DNA of 64,000 nt from Verrucomicrobiota bacterium (GTDB lineage: Bacteria; Verrucomicrobiota; Verrucomicrobiia; Chthoniobacterales; UBA10450): positions 13,883 to 77,882 of the forward strand of contig JBEEHV010000005.1 of NCBI GenBank assembly GCA_041167585.1, given 5' to 3'. Below, in pieces: positions 44,178-51,865 of this stretch. The number at the start of each line of letters is the position of its first letter. Position 1 is the first letter of the stretch. A model generated the notes under the pieces. That model was not told the DNA's origin. It made no database searches and was given only the letters and a program-made list of their open reading frames with translations. Position numbers and translations under genes: made by a program.

Positions 44178-45014
44178 GTGATGAGACGCCGCGAGTATCA
44201 TGATGGTGATGCGGTCGTGAACTTCATGGATTGCAGGTTCGAGAGTGACCTGCGAAAAGCAAAACTTCCAACCTTCCCTGACCAGCGGAAGCTAAAGACA
44301 TCGCAAGACGCGGCTCTTTGGATGTTGTGGGTGATGAGAGATTACTTCGGACATCACTCTCCAATGTACGCATCAGAATTGGCTCATTTGCTGGAACTAC
44401 GGGGGATAGCGGTCCGGGAAGATCAGCTTGAGCAGCTGCTAATGCGTGCAGGTAAGAAGATAATGAGAAAACGGTATGATGAAACGTCGACCGAGCTTGC
44501 ATATATGATCGCCGAAAAAGGGGTCGCATTTCTACAAGCGAAGTACTCGGCGACGGGAGTGCGAGCAATTATTATCGATGGCACACAGCCGTGGCGCGAC
44601 CGGCATGTTACCCTACCAACAATCGCTGAGCAGCTTTCCGGTCGGATCTGTGTCGTCGATAAGTATTACGGCCGCGGAACACTTGCGGTGTTATACCACT
44701 TCAGGCATGGGTCGCCGCTTCAGTTCCTCACCGCCCGAACGAGCGAGACGGCAGGCGCATTCGCGCGAGAACTAAGGGATTTCAAAAGAGAGAGTCCTAC
44801 GTTGGAGGTGCGCATTTTTCCGGACTCCGGCGAGTTACACGACCGCTATATCATCTCCGAGCACGCTTTGATTATCGTTGGCCATGGAATCAAAGACATC
44901 GGAACGAAAGAATCATTCCTGATTTTTCTCGAAGGCGACAGCACTTCGGAGTTGCGACAAACACTTCTCGAGAAGTTCAACCATCGATGGTCACAGTCGT
45001 ACGTTCCAACATAA
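44178..45014 (+). CDS. hypothetical protein with C-terminal PLD-like (MIT_C-type HDR...GxGxKD) module
   Basis: 278 aa (GTG 44178 or ATG 44181), 26 nt after the TIR-like gene. The C-terminus is LEVRIFPDSGELHDRYIISEHALIIVGHGIKDIGTKESFLIFL. The N-terminal half is wHTH-like (ASELAHLLELRGIAVREDQLEQLL). The domain call is tentative. Confidence 0.75.
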   Translation: MMRRREYHDGDAVVNFMDCRFESDLRKAKLPTFPDQRKLKTSQDAALWMLWVMRDYFGHHSPMYASELAHLLELRGIAVREDQLEQLLMRAGKKIMRKRYDETSTELAYMIAEKGVAFLQAKYSATGVRAIIIDGTQPWRDRHVTLPTIAEQLSGRICVVDKYYGRGTLAVLYHFRHGSPLQFLTARTSETAGAFARELRDFKRESPTLEVRIFPDSGELHDRYIISEHALIIVGHGIKDIGTKESFLIFLEGDSTSELRQTLLEKFNHRWSQSYVPT

Positions 45015-45188
45015 GTGAAACCCGCCAATTCTTGCAGCTGGGTCTGCGAAGCTCGTCACTCGCTGATCATTAAGTCCAGTGGGATTCGCCTCGGCTTATT
45101 TCCGCGGAGAATTGCATCCCTCTAGCTTTGTGATGAGCATGCTCGTGGAGGGCTTGCATTCAGACCTCGGCGGCAGCACCATGGCCGA

Positions 45189-45968
45189 ATGAAAACGTCC
45201 CCCCGCCTCGCTGGGATCATCCCCTTCACCTGCATTTTATTCCTCATCGCGCTCGCCCTGACAACGCCTTGCGTAACGGCAGGTGTCCCACAACCGAAGC
45301 TCTACGCGGCGCTCCTGGCCAAGGCCCGCGCGGGAACGCTCCGCGTCGTGCCCGGTGAAGCCCCGGCACCGCGCCCGTTGGCGATGGCTGCGGGAAAGCG
45401 CGCCGGTTCCGGCTCTGAGATTTTTCCGCCCACTTCTTATCGCGCGGCGGCGAAGACTTCGTTCGAATCGGGGCCGGTCGAAACGTTCGCCACACTCGAC
45501 GCGTTGTTCACGCCGCTCCCTGCGGATAGCAAGATGTCGAAGGATTTCCCGAAGCTGGTGGTGAAGAAAGGGAATGTAAGTCCCCGGGTCCCGTTGGAAA
45601 AACGGAACGTGAAGATACCGGCTTTCATCTATTGGGTCGCGCCAGAAAGCGATCACGATTTCCACGTGATCCTGGGGAGCACGTCGGAATTGACCTCGAC
45701 CACCAGATTCATGAACAGCGAGATTTCGGGCCTGCCTTCGGCCAACCCAACCAAGAGTCCCTTCCCGCAACGCCGCAGCGATATCCGGGCGATGCTCAAG
45801 AAGCACGAGAACGTTGACGGTCTTTTTGTGAAGCCGGTTCCCGTTAGCGTGACCGGCACGCTTCTGTGGGACGGCGAGCATCGCGCGCCCCACAACGTCG
45901 GCCCCGAGGGACTAAGGCCGACCAAGGCCTGGGAGATTCACCCGATCAAGCTTTTGGCGGAACGTTAG
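45189..45968 (+). CDS. secreted hypothetical protein (259 aa)
   Basis: Signal or anchor: MKTSPRLAGIIPFTCILFLIALALTTPCVTA. Its TAG stop lies inside the GTTAGCGAGC end of the distal attC remnant of array B. Confidence 0.7.
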   Translation: MKTSPRLAGIIPFTCILFLIALALTTPCVTAGVPQPKLYAALLAKARAGTLRVVPGEAPAPRPLAMAAGKRAGSGSEIFPPTSYRAAAKTSFESGPVETFATLDALFTPLPADSKMSKDFPKLVVKKGNVSPRVPLEKRNVKIPAFIYWVAPESDHDFHVILGSTSELTSTTRFMNSEISGLPSANPTKSPFPQRRSDIRAMLKKHENVDGLFVKPVPVSVTGTLLWDGEHRAPHNVGPEGLRPTKAWEIHPIKLLAER

Positions 45969-45998
45969 CGAGCCGTTCGCTGCATCGCCTGGTTAGAC
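45964..45998 (-). repeat. distal truncated attC (R''-L'' arm only), ends in GTTAGCGAGC like the distal site of array A
   Basis: Minus-strand read: GTCTAAC-CAGGCGATGCAGCGAACGGCTCGCTAAC. Confidence 0.5.
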
Positions 45999-46463
45999 GT
46001 TCCGCTGAGTCCACCATGAAACGATCTCGTGATCTGCGGCCATTTCTCTGCCGTGCTCCGCCCACCAATCCACGAGAAGCCATCGCACAGCATCGCCCAT
46101 CGAACACTGCGGGTGCGGAAACAAGGTCGTGCTAGCGGTCGTGAGCGTGTGAATGAACCAAGCAGCAGTCTCGGCTCGCTTGCGTAAGACTGAGAGGGCT
46201 TCCAGGCTGAAACCGTCCAAATCCACCTCGCCAGAAAGCGCGATGAGCGCGATGGCCGCCTCGACCTCCGGCAGGTAAGGCTTCTCTGCCTCCTCGATGC
46301 GCGAGATCAGGTCGTCGGAATCATCAACGTCTGATTCGTCGAACGTGTAGACACTAGGCGCTTCTCGCTTCTTCAGGTTGAAGATAAGAATGCCGTCGAA
46401 GTAGTGTTCGAGATCATACCACTGCCGAATCTGTTCGGACATGTTGTAGAAGGACTCGGACAT
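45993..46463 (-). CDS. cassette ORF: acidic hypothetical protein (156 aa)
   Basis: ATG 46463 (MSESFYNMSEQIRQWYDLEHYF...). It has a D/E-rich stretch, FDESDVDDSDDLISRIEEAE. The TAA stop is the TAA of the GTCTAAC box. Confidence 0.65.
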   Translation of the reverse strand: MSESFYNMSEQIRQWYDLEHYFDGILIFNLKKREAPSVYTFDESDVDDSDDLISRIEEAEKPYLPEVEAAIALIALSGEVDLDGFSLEALSVLRKRAETAAWFIHTLTTASTTLFPHPQCSMGDAVRWLLVDWWAEHGREMAADHEIVSWWTQRNV

Positions 46464-46478
46464 GCGCGTGGCTGTTAC

Positions 46479-46601
46479 GTCTAACGAGAACAAGATGGGT
46501 GACGGCGGACGAGACCGCCTGTCGCTCGGAGTGGATGTGAGGGAGTCATCTCAATAGCGGGCGCTCAACGGTCCGCCGTTCGCTCCATCGCCTGGTTAGG
46601 T
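46479..46601 (-). repeat. attC site (123 bp)
   Basis: Minus-strand read: ACCTAAC-CAGGCGATGGAGCGAACGGCGGACCG...CGTCCGCCGTCACCCATCTTGTTCTC-GTTAGAC. Confidence 0.8.
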
Positions 46602-47114
46602 CTGGTTGATCGGAGTGCCATTTACGTCGTAGATGCGCAGACGTGTCGGGATGCGCGCAGCTACTTCCGGCTGGCTGCCCACCTCAACAACCCACCGCTC
46701 GCCGCCAGCGACGATCTGCGCACAAAAGATGTCGACCTGGAGCTGGAGTTTCGACCCGAGTTGGTTGCAGTGAACTGTCGAAGTAGGTGGTGCCACTGTG
46801 AACTGAAAGCGCTCGAGTGCCTCGCGGGCGCTCTGCGAAACAATTTCCTCGCGACCCTCGTGCAAGAACGCACATCGCAATGCGTAGCAATCACGCCCAC
46901 TCAGGAAGACGTGGCGCTCACGATCTGGACCGATCTCGCGGATGTACTGAGGGCCGACGAAGCGATCAAACCACGCGACGTAACGATTCTGCGAGCCTGC
47001 CGCGGAATCTTCGAGCCAGCCGCAAATGTCCGGAACCACTAGAGCCGTGCTGAGAGCCGCGTACCAGTTCTGCTGCGCGACGGCTGCCGTTACTGATTGG
47101 AGTAGGTGTTGCAT
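46596..47114 (-). CDS. cassette ORF: hypothetical protein with Rx4H (HEPN-like) motif (172 aa)
   Basis: NWYAALSTALVVPDICGWLE ... LSGRDCYALRCAFLHEG, where RCAFLH is an R-x4-H motif. Predicted helical. The TAA stop is inside the ACCTAAC box. Confidence 0.7.
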   Translation of the reverse strand: MQHLLQSVTAAVAQQNWYAALSTALVVPDICGWLEDSAAGSQNRYVAWFDRFVGPQYIREIGPDRERHVFLSGRDCYALRCAFLHEGREEIVSQSAREALERFQFTVAPPTSTVHCNQLGSKLQLQVDIFCAQIVAGGERWVVEVGSQPEVAARIPTRLRIYDVNGTPINQT

Positions 47115-47121
47115 GTGAAAG

Positions 47122-47245
47122 CCCTAACGAGAACAAGATGAGCGACGGCGCACGAGAGCGCGTGTCGCTCGGAGTGAAAGTGTGGAAGCCATCTCAAAAG
47201 TTGAGCGCACAGCGGTCCGCCGTTCGCTCCATCGCATGGTTAGGC
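47122..47245 (-). repeat. attC site (124 bp)
   Basis: Minus-strand read: GCCTAAC-CATGCGATGGAGCGAACGGCGGACCG...GTGCGCCGTCGCTCATCTTGTTCTC-GTTAGGG. The arms GAGCGA[A]CGGCG and CGCCGTCGCTC pair with one bulged A. Confidence 0.8.
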
Positions 47246-47728
47246 CTTGTTGGGTGGAAGAGCAAAGCGTTGAGGCGCACTGCCGTCTTTGAAGTGGAGC
47301 AAGACAAAATGGTCAGACTCATGCCACTCCCACGTAAACTCGCCCTGGTAGTAAAGCGGGCTTGTGGTGAGGCGAATAGCTTTCTGGTCCGCGGCGCGAA
47401 AGAGAAAAACATGGAAGCCGTACTGATCCTTGCGCCACTCGGACTGGAAGTCGATATCCGCGTAGGCGGCGAGATCCTTGCTCGGCGACAGTGAAGAGGA
47501 CACGTAATACGAAACGCGTTGGTCGCGAAAATATAAGTAGTCGCCATGATAGACACTCTCAAATCCGCCGGTCATATACTCTGCGAGTCCGACGCGGCGA
47601 AAGCCGCCACCGAGGTCTTTGGTGTCCTCGACGACCGGGTGACCTGCGGTTGGTATGCGCGAGCTGTCCGTGCACTGCGCTAATAACAGAGCTGCAGAGA
47701 TCAGTGACATCGGGAGCGACGGCAGCAT
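47240..47728 (-). CDS. cassette ORF: probable lipoprotein (162 aa)
   Basis: ATG 47728 gives MLPSLPMSLISAALLLAQC. The TAA stop is inside the GCCTAAC box. The ORF is open up to 47776 through the R' half-site. Confidence 0.65.
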   Translation of the reverse strand: MLPSLPMSLISAALLLAQCTDSSRIPTAGHPVVEDTKDLGGGFRRVGLAEYMTGGFESVYHGDYLYFRDQRVSYYVSSSLSPSKDLAAYADIDFQSEWRKDQYGFHVFLFRAADQKAIRLTTSPLYYQGEFTWEWHESDHFVLLHFKDGSAPQRFALPPNKA

Positions 47729-47730
47729 GG

Positions 47731-47755
47731 GCCTAACGAGAAATGGACGTCCTAG
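47731..47755 (-). repeat. proximal R' half-site of array B (first recombination point; no recognisable R'' partner or attI/intI upstream)
   Basis: Minus-strand read: GGACGTCCATTTCTC-GTTAGGC, then CC-ATG. It closely resembles the R' end of the 37806 site (GTCCGTTCCATTCTC-GTTAGGT). Confidence 0.5.
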
Positions 47756-47904
47756 TGACGGGAAAAAAGGCGTCATTCGGCCGCCTATTTCTGGGCTTTG
47801 GTGGGGAGAATGCCTGAAAAGGCTTCACGATTCAGTGATAACCTCCGCGTCAGACCCGGACAAGCTGAAACTCGGTCCCGGCGTGATCCGCGGAGCGCTA
47901 GAAC

Positions 47905-48873
47905 TCAGCGGTTCCGGGTAGAGGCAGGCGCTTCGGCTTGCGAAGGTTCACTCCCGCCGAACAACATGGAAAAGACGACGAACACGGAGGCGTGAGGCGC
48001 GTCATCCGTTACCCCAAAGAGGGGAGAGACATCGAGCCGGGTATTTCGCGAAGGCTTCCACGCTACGGTCGGTCCGATCACGACCCGGGCAGAGTTGGTT
48101 CCCTCCTCCCGGAGGCCGGCGTCGGTGAAGTTAATGTATTGCATTTCCGCGCCGACTTTCAGGCGCTCGTTCGAAAGCAGGATGGGGAACATGATGCTTT
48201 GCGAGAATCCAACTTCGCGGCCGCGGTCGCCGCCGACCTCCTGTTCGAAAAACAAATTGGCGGCCCACTCCACCTTGTTGCTGAAATCCTGGGCGAGGAG
48301 CAGTCGCACTTCGAACGAATCGGGCAGCGGCAGGTGCTCTTCGAGGAACGCCCGGCCTTCGCCTTTCGGAACTTCCTCCGGCGGCCCCTCATCATGGAGG
48401 ATGTCGCCGACGCCGAATTTGTATTCCACGAAGAGCGTCGGGTTGAGCAGGATCTTGTTCCAATCGGCCAGGGCATAGCGGCCTTCGATGCTGAACGTGC
48501 GCTCCTGGGTGCGGCCGCGATGATTTTCGACCGAGTTTTCAAATGCCAAACCGAATCGGTTGGGCAACCCGATCTCGATTTCCTGCGTCAACATGTGATC
48601 GGGTCGATTGAACTTGAGCGAATCGCCCTGGTAGATAAGCCCGGCGAAGACGGCCCCGGGCGGCAGCACATAAGACTGGGTAAGGTTTGAAAAACGGCTT
48701 CGGGAGAAACCGGGCGTCGCTCCATAAGAACTCGGCACTTCTTCTCCGGAGACGGTGACCCTCTGCGTGGTGACGGCCTCCTGGCCGTGAAGCGACTGGC
48801 TGCCGGCGATACCGAGAATGGCCGCCGCCCCGGCGAAAAGGGCGATAGCGCGAGAGTGAAGGCGAAAAAGCAT
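47905..48873 (-). CDS. outer-membrane beta-barrel-like protein, function unknown
   Basis: Signal peptide: MLFRLHSRAIALFAGAAAILGIAGSQSLHG. Alternating amphipathic strands and an aromatic-rich C-terminus (VFVVFSMLF). Confidence 0.7.
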   Translation of the reverse strand: MLFRLHSRAIALFAGAAAILGIAGSQSLHGQEAVTTQRVTVSGEEVPSSYGATPGFSRSRFSNLTQSYVLPPGAVFAGLIYQGDSLKFNRPDHMLTQEIEIGLPNRFGLAFENSVENHRGRTQERTFSIEGRYALADWNKILLNPTLFVEYKFGVGDILHDEGPPEEVPKGEGRAFLEEHLPLPDSFEVRLLLAQDFSNKVEWAANLFFEQEVGGDRGREVGFSQSIMFPILLSNERLKVGAEMQYINFTDAGLREEGTNSARVVIGPTVAWKPSRNTRLDVSPLFGVTDDAPHASVFVVFSMLFGGSEPSQAEAPASTRNR

Positions 48874-48988
48874 GGGGCTGGATTACAGATTCGTAATGCC
48901 GCCAGCAAGCCTTTTCTTTACATCTTCTGGGGTTGCGAACGATTTCCGCAATGGCGAGGGACGCGTCCGATCTAGCGGAGCGTCTCGC

Positions 48989-50062
48989 TCAAAACCGGAC
49001 CGCGAAACTCGCCCGCAGACGGTAGTCGGGCACGACTTGGAGCGCGGTGTTGTCGATTAAGACGGGGAACTCGGCGGCCAGTTCACCGCTCAGTTTACCG
49101 TAAGACACGAGCAGGCGTGGTCCGAGAAAGACAGAGGTGATACCGGAATCCTCCATCGGCATGCCGGCCATGCGGTCAAGGCCCTTCTGTTCACCGGAAC
49201 AAACGCATTGCACGCCGACAAGGACTTTGCGGCTTCGGATAAGGTAGTAGCCGGGACCTCCACTCCACGAAATATCATTGGCGGGTTCGAACTGGTGGGC
49301 GCCCTCGCCCCGGAGCGCGAATTGGGTGTCGGCCTGGAAAAAGAAAGCCCGATAAAGAAGCGAAACCTGTCCACCTACGAGCGCGTCATAGGAGCCGGTG
49401 CCGAGGGTGAGATCATGGCCGTGGATGCCGCTTTCGGGCGCGCCCGGAACCTCCATCTCTTCAAACTCTTCCTTGAGGCGACCGGTGGCGCCGGTAGGAA
49501 ATTTCACACCGCCAAGGAGCAGGGCCGAGACGGTGAAGGTGGGCGCGTGCAGCTCCGTGCGCGGACTCTTGGAATCCTCAAAGGTGACTTCGCGGCTGCG
49601 GCCGGTCTCGTGGTGGAACACGACAAACTTTCCGAGAAGCGAAGCGTCGCCGAAACCGGATTCCGTCCCGCGATCGATTCCGAATCCTTCGGGGCGCTCG
49701 AACGAGCGATAGATCACCGGCAGGTTGACCTGTAACGCGAAGCGCGAAGTGAAGCTGTAGCCCGCCACGAGTTGCGTGATCGAACTATCGAGATACTGCC
49801 CAGTCGGGTTGGCGACTTCGTCCCCGTCGATCTGGATGGTGCCGAAGTGGGTGAATTGTTCGGCGAGCGCGACGTAGACGCGGTCCCATCCATCGACTTG
49901 CGCCCCGCCCGGCTGCAACGACGGGCCAAAAGAGGATGCCTCCGCCAGTTGCGGCATCGTCTCGATTTGCGGGGTGTAGCAGCCGCAAAGATCGCATCCG
50001 CTCGCGGCCGGGCGGAACCAAAGGAGAACCATGAGAATGCAGCCGATCCGCTGAAGAAGCAC
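48989..50062 (-). CDS. outer-membrane beta-barrel transporter-like protein (MetA-pathway/phenol-degradation-like family) with N-terminal CDLCGC motif
   Basis: Signal peptide, then GCDLCGCYTPQ. Beta-strand periodicity and a terminal ...RLRASFAVRF. The family call is from pattern only. Confidence 0.65.
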   Translation of the reverse strand: MLLQRIGCILMVLLWFRPAASGCDLCGCYTPQIETMPQLAEASSFGPSLQPGGAQVDGWDRVYVALAEQFTHFGTIQIDGDEVANPTGQYLDSSITQLVAGYSFTSRFALQVNLPVIYRSFERPEGFGIDRGTESGFGDASLLGKFVVFHHETGRSREVTFEDSKSPRTELHAPTFTVSALLLGGVKFPTGATGRLKEEFEEMEVPGAPESGIHGHDLTLGTGSYDALVGGQVSLLYRAFFFQADTQFALRGEGAHQFEPANDISWSGGPGYYLIRSRKVLVGVQCVCSGEQKGLDRMAGMPMEDSGITSVFLGPRLLVSYGKLSGELAAEFPVLIDNTALQVVPDYRLRASFAVRF

Positions 50063-50370
50063 ACGCGCAGTAATGTCGTGTTCGCCCTGTTAATCAAGTC
50101 GCTCCGGGCGAGAAGTTCGCGCGCGTGCAGTTGCTGACAATCGGTGGCGTCCTGAGTTGGACTCAACGCGCCGAGTATCCAGACTACGAACCGCATCTAA
50201 ACTTCGCGAAAGCCAAAGCCGAAAGCGGACCGGAGCAGCAGATCTTGATTTTGCCTGTTGCGGTGCCGGCATGATAGACGCCGTACCGCTCGGCCACGCG
50301 GCCTCCCCAAAAATGTGAGGACGCGAACTTCGATTTGCAGGATATTATTGGGGGGCCGAGTTAGCGAGCG

Positions 50371-51021
50371 CTACGAGGTTCCGCTCGCGCTCTGGAGCTG
50401 TTTCACTTCCTGCTCGAAACATTCCGGACATGCGCCATGACTGAACCGGGTCCCGGTCTCTTTTTGAATGTAATTCTCGACCTGGTCCCAGCAGTCATGC
50501 TCATCCCGCACTTTCCGGCAATAGATGCAGATCGGGATTAACTCTTTCAATTTCCGGATCTCCGCGGTGTATTTCAGGATTCTTTCCGCCACCGCCAGCC
50601 GCATCCGAATCGCTTCGCGATCCAGCGGCTTGGTCAGGAAGTCATCAATTCCTGCCGCGCTCGCGAGTTTATAGTTAGCGGCGCTGGTGCGGTTCGCGGT
50701 GAGAAGGATGAAGTAGGTATAAGGCGTCTGCTCGCGGGCCCGCACTTTTTCGCAGAGGCCCAGGCCATCTAGTTTCGGCATCATCCAGTCACTCACGATC
50801 AAGCGCGCCGGTTCCTGGTCGAATTTATCCCAGGCCTCCCCGCCATCGCGAGCCAGCACCGGTTCGTAGCCAAACTTTGAAAGCGTAGCTTCCAGGATTC
50901 TCGCGCTGACCGGATCATCCTCGACAATGAGGATTCGGCTTCGCTCGGGCGCCAAGGCGGCCTGAAGCCGGCTCGGCAGCGCCAGGAAGCGTCCGCCGAA
51001 CTTATCGTCAGGGCCGGACAT
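50371..51021 (-). CDS. response regulator with Cys-rich C-terminal output motif (IPICxYCxKVRD...W...FSHGxCPEC)
   Basis: REC: ILIVEDDPVSARIL, LIVSDWMMPKLDG, TKP. Tail: LIPICIYCRKVRDEHDCWDQVENYIQKETGTRFSHGACPECF. Confidence 0.85.
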   Translation of the reverse strand: MSGPDDKFGGRFLALPSRLQAALAPERSRILIVEDDPVSARILEATLSKFGYEPVLARDGGEAWDKFDQEPARLIVSDWMMPKLDGLGLCEKVRAREQTPYTYFILLTANRTSAANYKLASAAGIDDFLTKPLDREAIRMRLAVAERILKYTAEIRKLKELIPICIYCRKVRDEHDCWDQVENYIQKETGTRFSHGACPECFEQEVKQLQSASGTS

Positions 51022-51169
51022 GGGTTAGCCTGTTCAATTCACCAAACGGATCCTGAGGATCGTCGCGGGTTTCGGGGGCGGTCCACTGCTGCTCAGTTGG
51101 AAGCCGGGGACGCTCTTTTTTCGCCTCGGATGCGAAGTTGAAAAGCCCCCAAAGGGTATCGTTAGACAT
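51008..51169 (-). CDS. possible small ORF (53 aa)
   Basis: ATG 51169 (MSNDTLWGLFNFASEAKKERPRL...), with GGGGGA about 13 nt upstream. It overlaps the next start by 14 nt. There is no other support. Confidence 0.25.
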   Translation of the reverse strand: MSNDTLWGLFNFASEAKKERPRLPTEQQWTAPETRDDPQDPFGELNRLTHVRP

Positions 51170-51295
51170 GTTTTTCTTTTCCCCCGGATGCGTCGGTCTG
51201 ATGCGTGAGTCTCTGGCCCGAATCAAAGTGGATGCGCAGTTTGAGCGATCCTAATTCCAAGCTGTCAGTGGGCGTCGAAAGAAAAAGGGGATCAG

Positions 51296-51865
51296 TTAAA
51301 GAGGTATTTGAAATCGCAGCAGACCGACTTCAGCGACAGTGCTTTCCAAAGCCCGGACGCGCTGGACCAGCGCCTCCTGAGTTTTCATGACCCGCAGCCC
51401 CACTCTTACCCGGGCCAGCAGTTCGTTAGGATCGAATGGCTTCACCAGGTAATCGTCTGCGCCATAATCGATGCCTTCGATCGTGTCTATCTTCGTGCCC
51501 CGCGCGCTGACCATGATGATATAAACGCGCCGGCCACTCTCTCGAATGCGGCGGCAGATTTCCGCGCCGTCGATCCCCGGCATCATCCAGTCGATTACGG
51601 CAATGCACGCGCCCTCCTGGGCGCGAAGTGCAGTCATCGCCTCGTTGCCATCGTTGGCAACGATAGTGCGGAAACCGCCGGCCTCGATCACGGCGGTAAC
51701 AAGCCGGCGCGAGACGGGATCATCCTCAGCGATAACGATAGGAATGCTTTCCTCGTCCAAGGGCCGCACGATCTGAAGTGATACGGGCGCCTTGGGCGCG
51801 GCCACCGGGGCCCAATCAGGGTCAAAATGGATTCCGTTCATGTTGTGCGCGGTAGCCGGATTCAT
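51296..51865 (-). CDS. response regulator (REC) with about 60-aa N-terminal extension
   Basis: IVIAEDDPVSRRLV, AVIDWMMPGIDG, VKP, then a short C-terminal helix. Its start overlaps the KaiC-like ORF stop. Confidence 0.85.
   Translation of the reverse strand: MNPATAHNMNGIHFDPDWAPVAAPKAPVSLQIVRPLDEESIPIVIAEDDPVSRRLVTAVIEAGGFRTIVANDGNEAMTALRAQEGACIAVIDWMMPGIDGAEICRRIRESGRRVYIIMVSARGTKIDTIEGIDYGADDYLVKPFDPNELLARVRVGLRVMKTQEALVQRVRALESTVAEVGLLRFQIPL

Larger units (their letters stand above)
45964..47755 (-). mobile_element. integron-type gene-cassette array B: 3 minus-strand cassettes, two near-identical 123-bp attC sites plus terminal half-sites, no intI in window
   Basis: See sites 46479-46601 and 47122-47245, which are about 80% identical by eye, and the flanking partial sites. 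The ORFs are unrelated, 156-172 aa, all on the same strand. Confidence 0.75.

Noticed and set aside
36000-48900. Search for the integron integrase (intI), an attI site or a Pc promoter next to the cassette arrays
   Set aside because: No ORF in or beside the arrays, or anywhere in the window, shows tyrosine-recombinase features. Upstream of the proximal R' half-site (47731-47755) lies an outer-membrane protein gene on the same strand. The arrays are therefore reported as CALIN-like, not as a complete integron.
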